Program-made: the position numbers and the translations under genes
From: Burkholderiales bacterium
GTDB lineage: Bacteria; Pseudomonadota; Gammaproteobacteria; Burkholderiales; CAIKXV01
Length of the DNA: 27,053 nt
Assembly: GCA_044351195.1 (NCBI GenBank)
Contig: JBILGF010000001.1
Span: forward strand, 1 to 27,053
Direction of reading: 5' to 3'
In this document: one piece after another, positions 8,268 to 16,339 of the stretch
How the letters are laid out: each line of letters begins with the position of its first letter
Position numbering within the stretch: position 1 is the stretch's first letter
The notes under the pieces: generated by a model
What the model was told of the DNA's origin: nothing
The model's input: only the letters and a program-made list of their open reading frames with translations
Database searches by the model: none

Positions 8268-8807
8268 ATGCAGTCGATCAAGCACACCATCGATCCGGCC
8301 TGTGCCGGCGTCCCGCTCGAGGACCTGATCCGGACGCGCGTGGCGCGCTTCTCTCAGATCCCGGCCGACTGGGATGCGTTCGCCGATTCGCAGGTCGAAG
8401 GCCGACGGCGCGGCCAGCACCGTTTCATCGGTGCCGGCGGGTCGGGCAAGCACGACCCGCATGCGGTACCGGCCGGCGGCTTCACGCTGAGCATCATGCA
8501 GGTGCCGCCGGGGCAGGGCGGTTCGGCCCACACGCACGAGGTCGAGGAAGCCTTCTTCGTGCTCGAAGGCGTGCTCACCGTGTTCATGGAAGACGAAAAG
8601 GGCAACCGCGTGTCGACCCGGCTCAACCGCTGGGAGGCCATCTCCTGCCCCGCAGGCGTGCTCCATGGGTTCGAGAACGAAGGCGATGTCGATGTCTACA
8701 TGCAGACCTTCATCGGATCCGGAAAGCCGGGGCCGGTCGGTTATGCAGACGACGCGATCTATTCCGAGGAACGGGCGCGGCTCGCGTCGCGCCAGCCGGC
8801 GGGCTGA
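8268..8807 (+). CDS. Cupin domain protein
   Basis: Cupin motif 1 HTHEVEEAFFVLEG and motif 2 CPAGVLHGFEN give an intact His/His/Glu/His site; AGGGAG upstream of ATG 8268. Confidence 0.92.
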   Translation: MQSIKHTIDPACAGVPLEDLIRTRVARFSQIPADWDAFADSQVEGRRRGQHRFIGAGGSGKHDPHAVPAGGFTLSIMQVPPGQGGSAHTHEVEEAFFVLEGVLTVFMEDEKGNRVSTRLNRWEAISCPAGVLHGFENEGDVDVYMQTFIGSGKPGPVGYADDAIYSEERARLASRQPAG

Positions 8808-8823
8808 TCGCCGAGGGTCGAGA

Positions 8824-8855
8824 CCAGCGGCGGCGGCGCGTCCGCCCCACGCTGG
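8824..8855. terminator. GC hairpin between convergent cupin and Bug genes
   Basis: CCAGCG...GGCGG-CGCGT-CCGCC...CGCTGG nested stem. Confidence 0.35.
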
Positions 8856-8862
8856 GCGCGGG

Positions 8863-9849
8863 TTACTGTGGAGAGATCTTCGCTTCCTGGATGATCGGGC
8901 CCAGCCGGCGCAGGTCGTCGGCGATTGCCTGGCCGAGCTGCTCGGGCGTCGAGGTGGCGTTCACCAGCCCCATCGTGTTGATCCGGTCCATCGACTTCTG
9001 CTGGCGCATGATGCGCACCATTTCCGTGTTGAGCCGGGTGACCACGTCCGCAGGCGTGCCGGCGGTGGCCACGATCGCATAGAAGCCGTTGACTGCCGTC
9101 ATGTCGGCGAACCCGAGCTCGGTGAGCGTCGGCACCGACGGCAGGGACGGCAGGCGCGCCGGGCCGATCACCGCGAGCGCCTTCACCTTGCCGGCTGCTA
9201 CGTGCGGGATCGAGGTGGCCGAGTCAAACATGTAGTCGACCTGTCCTGCGAGCAGTGCGTTGAGCGCCGGCGCGATGCCGCCGAACGGCACATGCAGCGA
9301 ACTGGTCCTGGTCAGCATGCCGAACAGGACGCCGCCGAGCTGCGGGTTGGTGCCGTTGCCGGAGGAACCGAAGGTGAGCTTGCCCGGCTGAGACTTCAGC
9401 AGCTCGACGAACTCCTTGACGTTATTCACCGCATGGCGGGGATGCACCGCGAGGATCAGGTTTAGGCGCGCCGGCATCACGATCGGGGCGAAGCTCTTGA
9501 GGGAGTCGAACGGCATGTTCTTGTAGACATGCGGATTCACCGTGAGCGTGCTGGAACTGCTGATCATCATCGTGTGCCCGTCTGGCGCGGCACGGGCGAC
9601 AAACTCGCCAGCGACATTGCCCCCGGCGCCCGGACGGTTGACGACGATCACCGGCTGCCCGAGCGCCGGCCCGAGGTCGGCTGCGATCAGGCGTGCGACC
9701 GCGTCGATCGAGCCTCCGGCGGTGACGGTCACCACGAGGTTGAGCGGTTTTGCGGGGAAGGTCTGTGCCGCGACGGGCAACGCGCCCAGAGACGCCCCCA
9801 TGGCGAGGATCCAGGCAGGCGACAAGGAGTATGGAATGGTCATCATCAT
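8863..9849 (-). CDS. Bug/TctC family substrate-binding protein
   Basis: AQTFPAKPLNLVVTVTAGGSID, VNRPGAGG, VPFGGIAPA; start at one of ATG 9849/9846/9843 (track extension to 10788 is spurious). Confidence 0.93.
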   Translation of the reverse strand: MMMTIPYSLSPAWILAMGASLGALPVAAQTFPAKPLNLVVTVTAGGSIDAVARLIAADLGPALGQPVIVVNRPGAGGNVAGEFVARAAPDGHTMMISSSSTLTVNPHVYKNMPFDSLKSFAPIVMPARLNLILAVHPRHAVNNVKEFVELLKSQPGKLTFGSSGNGTNPQLGGVLFGMLTRTSSLHVPFGGIAPALNALLAGQVDYMFDSATSIPHVAAGKVKALAVIGPARLPSLPSVPTLTELGFADMTAVNGFYAIVATAGTPADVVTRLNTEMVRIMRQQKSMDRINTMGLVNATSTPEQLGQAIADDLRRLGPIIQEAKISPQ

Positions 9850-10056
9850 GGGACTCGGTCGTGGGTTCAGGAGTCGTTCGATGCAACGGTTGTACCAGAA
9901 AGCAGGATGTGATCTCACGGATGCGCTCCGCTTTGCCAGCCACCTTCGCCTGCGGTACTCTGAATGCGTCATTCCAGACGACGAAGCGGCGGATTCCGTG
10001 AGGTATCCGACCGGATCGCCACAGGCGCTGAAGACGCCATCGGAAGGAGGAGCACC

Positions 10057-11127
10057 ATGCAGATCCCGATACGGACCTGGGCTACCGCGCGGCCGCCCGT
10101 TGCTCATGCATCGATGGCGCGCACCGACCTCGCACGGCCGCGCAGGACTTTTGCCCTGGCCGCAGCTGCTGCCGCGGCATCGGTTGCCATGCCGGCTGCT
10201 GCTTTCGCCCAGGCATCCGGAGCAACGTTCCCATCCAAGCCGATACGCGTGATCGTGGGCTTCTCGCCCGGCAGCAACAGCGACTCGCTGGTGCGTCCGC
10301 TGGCACAGCGCCTGTCGGAGACGGTCGGCCAGCAGGTGCTGGTCGACAACCGGCCGGGGGCCTCGGGCAACATCGCAATGGAGATGGTGTCCAGGGCCGC
10401 GCCCGATGGCTACACGGTGTTCAGCGGGCCGGGCTCGTCGATCACCGTCAATCCGCACATCCATCCGAAGATGCCGATCGACGTGCTGCGCGACCTGCTG
10501 CCGATCGTGCCTCTGGGCCAGTTTTCGGCCCTGCTGGTCGTGCATCCGTCGCTGCCGGTTAAATCGGTCAGCGACCTGGTCGCGCTGGCCAAACGCAAGC
10601 CCGGCATGATCAGCTTCGGGTCGCCCGGCCACGGCACGGGCTTCCACCTGGCGACCGAGCTGTTCAAGGTTCGCGCCGGCATCCAGGCCACTCACGTGCC
10701 CTATGCCAATGCGAGCGCGATGGTGTCCGACCTGCTGGCCGGGCGTGTCGAGATGATGGTTTTCTCGGCGATCGTGATGGCTCCGCATGTGAAGACGGGC
10801 AAGCTGCGGGCGCTGGCCACGACCGGACGCGAGCGCAGCAAGGCGCTGCCCGACCTGCCGACCATCGCCCAGGCGGGCGTGGCCGACTACGAGTACACCG
10901 GGTTCCAGGGCCTGTTCGGGCCGGCGGCGCTACCGAAGGACGTGGCCGACCGGATGAACGCGCTGGTGACGAAGGTCCTGGCCCTGCCGGACATGCGTGA
11001 GTTCTATGCAGGGCAGAACGTGGACCCGATGGTGATGGGCGTCGCGGAGTTCGCGGCAAAGGTTCGGGTCGAGCACGACACCTGGGGCAAGCTGATCCGC
11101 GACGCGGGCCTGAAGCCTGCTGGTTGA
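10057..11127 (+). CDS. Bug/TctC family substrate-binding protein (Tat-like leader)
   Basis: AAGGAGGAG RBS before ATG 10057; PRRTFAL in leader; VGFSPGSNSD, VDNRPGASG, VPYAN. Confidence 0.95.
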   Translation: MQIPIRTWATARPPVAHASMARTDLARPRRTFALAAAAAAASVAMPAAAFAQASGATFPSKPIRVIVGFSPGSNSDSLVRPLAQRLSETVGQQVLVDNRPGASGNIAMEMVSRAAPDGYTVFSGPGSSITVNPHIHPKMPIDVLRDLLPIVPLGQFSALLVVHPSLPVKSVSDLVALAKRKPGMISFGSPGHGTGFHLATELFKVRAGIQATHVPYANASAMVSDLLAGRVEMMVFSAIVMAPHVKTGKLRALATTGRERSKALPDLPTIAQAGVADYEYTGFQGLFGPAALPKDVADRMNALVTKVLALPDMREFYAGQNVDPMVMGVAEFAAKVRVEHDTWGKLIRDAGLKPAG

Positions 11128-11249
11128 TCCAGCGCGGTACGATCCGCAATAGGGTGAACCGCGGCAACGAGCCGTGCATGATCGCGTTCATCCTGGTGTC
11201 GGCCAAGCCGGTCACCATCGGCGGCAGGCCGCTCGCGGCAATCGGCTGA
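11124..11249 (+). pseudogene. Remnant of a cupin-domain gene (C-terminal ~41 codons)
   Basis: Reads LIQRGTIRNRVNRGNEPCMIAFILVSAKPVTIGGRPLAAIG*, matching the QRGTxHxWxNRGxEPCxIAF cupin motif-2 variant with H>R and W>R; no N-terminal half or start. Confidence 0.7.
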
Positions 11250-11299
11250 CTCACCTCGAGCGAACAACGCATCACGGCCATTTGATCGGAGATACAGAA

Positions 11300-12157
11300 A
11301 TGCCCGAAGCCCGAGTCCGCGGCGGCGTCCTCAACTACGAAGTGGTCGGCACCGAAGGCCCATGGGTCGCGCTGACCCCGGGCAGCCGTCGCTCGTACCA
11401 TGAACTGATCCCGCTATCGCAGCGCCTGGCGCAGGATGGCTATCGCGTGCTGCTTCACGACCGGCGCAATTGCGGCGCGTCCGAGGTCGGCATCGAGGGC
11501 ATCGGTTCCGAACACGAGATCTGGGCCGACGACCTGCATGCGCTGGCCGGCCAGCTTGGCGCGCTGCCGCTGTTCGTCGGCGGATCATCCGCCGGGGCAC
11601 GGCTGGCGATCCTGTTCGCGCTGCGCCATCCGGAATCGGTCAGCGGCCTGCTGCTGTGGCGGCTCACTGGCGGCCAGCATGCGGTGCAGAAGCTCGCGCG
11701 CCAGTACTACGAGCAGTTCGCCGAGATGGCGAAGAGCGGTGGCATGGCCGCGGTATGCGCGTCGGACCATTTCAGCGAATGCATCGCCGCCCGGCCGTCC
11801 AACCGTGACCGGCTGATGGCGATGGCGCCGGCCGAGTTCATCCGCGTGATGGACCTCTGGCGCGACAACTTCCTGGCCGCTGCCACCCTGCCGATCGTGG
11901 GGGCGACCGAGGAGCAGCTGCGCAACCTGAAGGTACCGGCGTGCCTGATCGCCGGCAACGACAAGGTGCACACGCCGGTGACCGCGCGCAAGGCGGCAGG
12001 TCTGTTGCCCGAAGCGGTGCTCCATGACGACGTGGTCGAGAAGTACCCGGACGACAACCTCCCCGACGACTGGAACCCGGTTGAATGGCGCAGCAGGGAA
12101 CCCCGGATTGCCGAGCTGTTCCTGGCGCTGATGGCAAAGGCGACCGGCCGGTCCTGA
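11300..12157 (+). CDS. Alpha/beta fold hydrolase
   Basis: ALTPGSR, LLHDRRNCGAS, nucleophile elbow GGSSAG, IAGNDKVH; GGAGA upstream of ATG 11300. Confidence 0.9.
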   Translation: MPEARVRGGVLNYEVVGTEGPWVALTPGSRRSYHELIPLSQRLAQDGYRVLLHDRRNCGASEVGIEGIGSEHEIWADDLHALAGQLGALPLFVGGSSAGARLAILFALRHPESVSGLLLWRLTGGQHAVQKLARQYYEQFAEMAKSGGMAAVCASDHFSECIAARPSNRDRLMAMAPAEFIRVMDLWRDNFLAAATLPIVGATEEQLRNLKVPACLIAGNDKVHTPVTARKAAGLLPEAVLHDDVVEKYPDDNLPDDWNPVEWRSREPRIAELFLALMAKATGRS

Positions 12158-12203
12158 CGCACGTTCGAGCAGGTCGCGGGGACACCCGGCCGGGGTGCTC
12201 GCC

Positions 12204-12209
12204 TATACT
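12204..12209 (+). promoter_or_regulatory. Possible sigma70 -10 element
   Basis: TATACT 32 nt upstream of the acyl-CoA dehydrogenase ATG; no recognisable -35. Confidence 0.25.
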
Positions 12210-12241
12210 TGGATCCCGATCACCACGGTGCACGCATCCCC

Positions 12242-13417
12242 ATGGACCACGCCCCTGCTTCCCCCTCGTCGGACGAAACTCGCATGCTGCAGGACCTGGT
12301 CGCGAAGTTCGTCGACCACGACCTGATCCCGCTCGAACCCGCCGTGCTCAAGCGCGAGGCGCAGGGTGATGGCTACCGGCTCACCGAGGACGAAGAGAAG
12401 GCACTGCATGCGCGCTGCCGTGAGCTGGGCCTGTGGGGGCTAGACGTACCCGAGGAATTCGGCGGCGCGAACCTGCCACTGCTGTCGCTGGCCGCGGCCG
12501 AAGAAGAGATGGGACGAGCCTGTGTACCGTTCCTGATCCCGCCCGACAGCCCGAACCTGCACATGATGCTGGCGGTGGCCACGCCGATGCAGCGCGAGAA
12601 GTACCTCGCGCCCTATGCCACCGGCGAGCTGCGCTCGGCAATGGCGATCTCCGAGCCCGGGGCCGGCGGCGACCCGGCGGGCATGATCACGCGCGCGGTG
12701 CGTGATGGCGACGACTGGGTCATCAACGGCCGCAAGATCTGGGTGTCGAACATCCCGCGCGCCGACTTCATCATCCTGATGGCGCGCACCGGGGCCGGGA
12801 AGCGCCAGGAGGGCATCTCGGCCTTCATCGTCGAGAAGGGCACGAAGGGCTACATCATCGAGCGCGAGATCGCGATGATCGGTGGCCGCAAGACCTACGA
12901 ACTGGTGTTCGACGACTGCCGGGTGCCGGCGGCAAACCTGCTCGGCGAGCTCGACCGCGGCTATGCGCCGATGCAGCTGCGCCTGAACGTGCGCCGGATG
13001 CAGATGGGCGCGCGCTGTGTCGGCATGGCCCGGCGTGCGCTCGAGATGATGGCCGAGCATGCGCGCCAGCGGGTCACCTGGGGCGTGCGACTGGCCGACC
13101 GGCAGGCCATCCAGTGGTTCGCCGCCGATGCCGCGATGGAGGTCCACGCCTGCCGGCTGATGGTCAACGACCTTGCGGTGAAGATGGACGCGGGCATCGA
13201 CGTGCGCAGCGAAGCGTCGATCCTCAAGGTGCGTGCGACCGAGATGGCGCAGACGGTGCTCGACAATGCGATGCAGACCCTTGGCGCGATGGGCATGACC
13301 AAAGAGCTGCCGCTGCAGCTGATGCACCAGCAGGTGCGCGTGATGCGTATCTACGAGGGCCCGTCCGAGGTGCACCGCAGCGCGATCGGGCGGCGGGTGC
13401 TGGGCTCGAAGGTCTGA
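12242..13417 (+). CDS. Acyl-CoA dehydrogenase family protein
   Basis: GLDVPEEFGG, AMAISEPGAGGD, WVINGRKIWVSN, RQAIQW, GAMG, RIYEGPSEVHR (catalytic Glu position). Confidence 0.95.
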   Translation: MDHAPASPSSDETRMLQDLVAKFVDHDLIPLEPAVLKREAQGDGYRLTEDEEKALHARCRELGLWGLDVPEEFGGANLPLLSLAAAEEEMGRACVPFLIPPDSPNLHMMLAVATPMQREKYLAPYATGELRSAMAISEPGAGGDPAGMITRAVRDGDDWVINGRKIWVSNIPRADFIILMARTGAGKRQEGISAFIVEKGTKGYIIEREIAMIGGRKTYELVFDDCRVPAANLLGELDRGYAPMQLRLNVRRMQMGARCVGMARRALEMMAEHARQRVTWGVRLADRQAIQWFAADAAMEVHACRLMVNDLAVKMDAGIDVRSEASILKVRATEMAQTVLDNAMQTLGAMGMTKELPLQLMHQQVRVMRIYEGPSEVHRSAIGRRVLGSKV

Positions 13418-13436
13418 CGGCGGCCAGCCCGGCCCC

Positions 13437-14078
13437 GTGGATCCCGATACCGAGCGCTACTACCGGCTGAACGCCAGCGACGTCGCTGGCCGCTACGAGG
13501 CGGTGACGAGTCCGGTCGCCCGCTACTTCAGGCTCGCCTTCGCCGACGGCGGGCGCGTGCTGGATGTGGGCGCGGGCTCCGGCCGAGACCTCGCCGAACT
13601 GCTCGCCCTCGGCTACGATGCGTACGGCGCCGAGCCGGTGGAAGAGATGACCGCAGCGGCGGTCACGCGCCATCCCCGTCTGCAGGGACGCATCGCCCGC
13701 GCCGGGCTGCCGGCGCTCGGTGCGCCGTTCGGCGGGCAGTTCGACGGCATCCTGTGCAGCGCGGTGCTGATGCACCTGCCCGACGCCGACCTGTTCGATG
13801 CGGCCTTCGCGCTGCGCGACGCGCTGCGCCCGCATGGACGTCTGCTGCTGTCGCTGCCACTGGCGCGAGCCGACGTGGCCGAGGGCGAGCGCAGTGCCGA
13901 TGGACGGCTGTTCAGGACCTGCCCGCCGGAATACCTGCAGCTGCTGTTCGAACGCATCGGCCTCCAGCAGATCGGGCGCTGGGATACCGAAGACGCGCTG
14001 GGGCGTGCCGGAACCCGCTGGTACACGCTGCTGTTCGAACTGCGTGGCGGCGGGCCGGCGATGCGTATCGCCGGGTAG
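13437..14078 (+). CDS. Class I SAM-dependent methyltransferase (possibly 3'-truncated)
   Basis: Motif I VLDVGAGSGRD, FDGILCSAVLMH, LRPHGRLLLS; GTG start with no evident RBS. Confidence 0.85.
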   Translation: MDPDTERYYRLNASDVAGRYEAVTSPVARYFRLAFADGGRVLDVGAGSGRDLAELLALGYDAYGAEPVEEMTAAAVTRHPRLQGRIARAGLPALGAPFGGQFDGILCSAVLMHLPDADLFDAAFALRDALRPHGRLLLSLPLARADVAEGERSADGRLFRTCPPEYLQLLFERIGLQQIGRWDTEDALGRAGTRWYTLLFELRGGGPAMRIAG

Positions 14079-14088
14079 CCCGCCTTTT
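14049..14088 (+). terminator. Rho-independent terminator-like hairpin overlapping the methyltransferase 3' end
   Basis: CCGGCGAT/ATCGCCGG (14055-62/14067-74) plus GGCGGG/CCCGCC (14049-54/14079-84) followed by TTTT. Confidence 0.55.
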
Positions 14089-14155
14089 GCAGTACAGTGT
14101 CCAATGACCGATCCGACACAGACCGGACGGCAGATCATCTCCAGGAGGAGCAACC

Positions 14156-15175
14156 ATGCCAGAGCCGCACCGTTCGCCGGACGCACTCGCGCCGGCATCG
14201 TCCCGTCGTCGCGCGAACCACGCCTTCGCAGTAGCCGCCGCCGTTGTCGCCTGCGCTGCGCTGCCGGCCCTCGCGCAGGATTTTCCGTCGAAGCCGGTCC
14301 GTATCGTCGTGCCGTTCGCCCCCGGCGGCAACACCGACATCATCGCCCGGGCGATCGCGCCCGGCATGAGCCAGGACCTCGGGCAGCCGGTGATCATCGA
14401 GAACCGCGGTGGCGCCGGCAGCACGCTCGGCAGCGCGATCGCCGCGAAGGCCCCGGCCGATGGCTACACCCTGCTGATGGTGTCGAGCGCACACGTGATC
14501 AACCCGGCCGTGCGCAAGAGCCTTCCCTACGACTCGGTGAAGGACTTCGCACCAGTCACGCTGGTGGCCGATGTTCCCAATGCGCTGGCCGTGCACCCGT
14601 CGGTACCGGTTAAGGACGTGCGCGGGCTGATCGCCTTCGCCCGCAAGCGGCCGGGCGAGCTTACCTATGCAACGCCCGGTGCCGGCACGTCGTCGCATCT
14701 GGCGATCGAGATGCTGGCCGCAGCCGAGAAGCTGAAGCTGGTGCAGATTCCGTACAAGGGCGTCGGGCCGGCGACGGCTGATGTCGTCGGCGGACATGTG
14801 CACATGCTGTTCTCCAGCATGCCGGCGCTGATCGAACATGTGCGGGCGGGCCGGTTGCGCATGCTGGCCCAGGCCGGGATGCAGCGCTCGCCGGCCGCGC
14901 CCGACGTGGCGACGATGATCGAATCCGGCTACAAGGATTTCTTCGTCTCCAGCGGCTTCGGCATGTTCGCGCCTGCGGGCACACCGCGCCCGATCGTTGA
15001 TCGGGTCAACGCGTCGGTGCGCAAGGTGCTCGCCGACCCGACCGTGCGCAAGCAGCTCGCCGGCCAGGGTGCCGAACCGGTCGGCAACTCGCCCGACGAG
15101 TACGACCGCTACAACCGTGCCGAGATCTCCCGCTGGGCGGCCGTGGCGAGGCAGGCGAACGTGCCGATGGAGTAG
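14156..15175 (+). CDS. Bug/TctC family substrate-binding protein
   Basis: AGGAGGAG RBS; VPFAPGGNTD, IENRGGAG, IPYKGVGPA; SRRR in leader. Confidence 0.95.
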   Translation: MPEPHRSPDALAPASSRRRANHAFAVAAAVVACAALPALAQDFPSKPVRIVVPFAPGGNTDIIARAIAPGMSQDLGQPVIIENRGGAGSTLGSAIAAKAPADGYTLLMVSSAHVINPAVRKSLPYDSVKDFAPVTLVADVPNALAVHPSVPVKDVRGLIAFARKRPGELTYATPGAGTSSHLAIEMLAAAEKLKLVQIPYKGVGPATADVVGGHVHMLFSSMPALIEHVRAGRLRMLAQAGMQRSPAAPDVATMIESGYKDFFVSSGFGMFAPAGTPRPIVDRVNASVRKVLADPTVRKQLAGQGAEPVGNSPDEYDRYNRAEISRWAAVARQANVPME

Positions 15176-15215
15176 CGCAGGACCAGCCCACAAACAGGGC
15201 TGCCGGTAGAAAAAT

Positions 15216-15254
15216 GGGGTCAGACCCGAATTTTCGGAAATGAGGTCTGACCCC
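15216..15254. repeat. REP-like inverted repeat (GGGGTCAGACC...GGTCTGACCCC)
   Basis: Perfect 11-bp IR (15216-26/15244-54), 17-nt AT-rich loop; CCGAA-TT-TTCGG mini-hairpin at 15226-37; GGGTCAGACCC is itself palindromic. Confidence 0.75.
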
Positions 15255-15303
15255 GATTGCCGGAGCCGCGATTTCCAATCCACCGTCCCCAGTAGCCATA
15301 CCG

Positions 15304-16284
15304 ATGCCGCTATCCCGAGCCCTCGCTGCCCTCCTCCTCGCGCTGCCCTGTGCCTGCCTCGCCCAGTCCACCAAGCCGGGCCCTGCAGCCTGGCCCGAGC
15401 GTCCGCTCCGCCTGGTCGCGCCGGTCTCCCCGGGCGGCGGCGGCGACGTCTCCGCGCGGTTGCTGGCGAAGTCGATGGCCGCGTCATTCAGGCAGCCGGT
15501 GATCGTCGACAACCGGCCGGGCGCCGGTGGCATGCTGGGCACGGCGCTGGCCGCGCAGGCGCCGGCCGACGGCTACACGCTGCTGTGGGTGTCCGGTTCG
15601 CATGCAATCAACGCGGCCTTCGAACGCAACCTGCCCTACGATCCGGTGAAGTCCTTCGACCCTGTCGCGCTGTTCGCGAAGCTTCCGTTCATCCTGGTGG
15701 TGAGTCCTTCGTTCAACGTCGCCACGCTGCCGGAGCTCATTGCGCGGCTGCGGGCGAATCCCGGCAAGTTCAACTACGCCAGCAGTGGCACCGGCAGCGT
15801 GTCGCAGCTCGGGCTGGAGATGCTCAAGCTGTCGGCGAAGGTCGACATGGTGAACGTCAACTTCAAGGGCGCCGCGCCGTCGATCGTCGCGCTGCTCTCG
15901 GGCGAGGTCCACATGGCACTGCTCGGCCCGCTGTCGGTGAACCCGCACATCGCCAACGGGCGGCTGCGGGCGCTGGCCGTGAGCACCGCCAGGCGGTCCC
16001 CGGCACTGCCTGGCGTGCCGACCTTCGCCGAGTCGGGCGTACCCGGCTTCGACATGTCCTCCTGGTACGGCGTGCTGCTGCCGCGTGGCTCGCCAAGGGT
16101 GGCGATCGACCGGCTCAACGCGGCGGTCAATGCAGCCACGGGGGAGCCCGCGGTGCGCGAAGCGCTCGGCGAGGAAGGCGCCGAGCTCGTCCAGGGCACG
16201 CCGCAGGCGTTCGATGCCTTCCTGCGCGCGCAGATCGCCCAGTTCGTCGCGCTGCGCGGCAAGGTGGACCTGCAGCTGCGCTGA
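15304..16284 (+). CDS. Bug/TctC family substrate-binding protein
   Basis: WPERPLRLVAPVSPGGGGD, VDNRPGAGG, VNFKGAAPS, SWYGVL. Confidence 0.95.
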   Translation: MPLSRALAALLLALPCACLAQSTKPGPAAWPERPLRLVAPVSPGGGGDVSARLLAKSMAASFRQPVIVDNRPGAGGMLGTALAAQAPADGYTLLWVSGSHAINAAFERNLPYDPVKSFDPVALFAKLPFILVVSPSFNVATLPELIARLRANPGKFNYASSGTGSVSQLGLEMLKLSAKVDMVNVNFKGAAPSIVALLSGEVHMALLGPLSVNPHIANGRLRALAVSTARRSPALPGVPTFAESGVPGFDMSSWYGVLLPRGSPRVAIDRLNAAVNAATGEPAVREALGEEGAELVQGTPQAFDAFLRAQIAQFVALRGKVDLQLR

Positions 16285-16339
16285 CGGCCGGAGCCCGAAG
16301 CCTGTACCGTATTGGTCCGATCGTATCCGGAGCCGTCAC

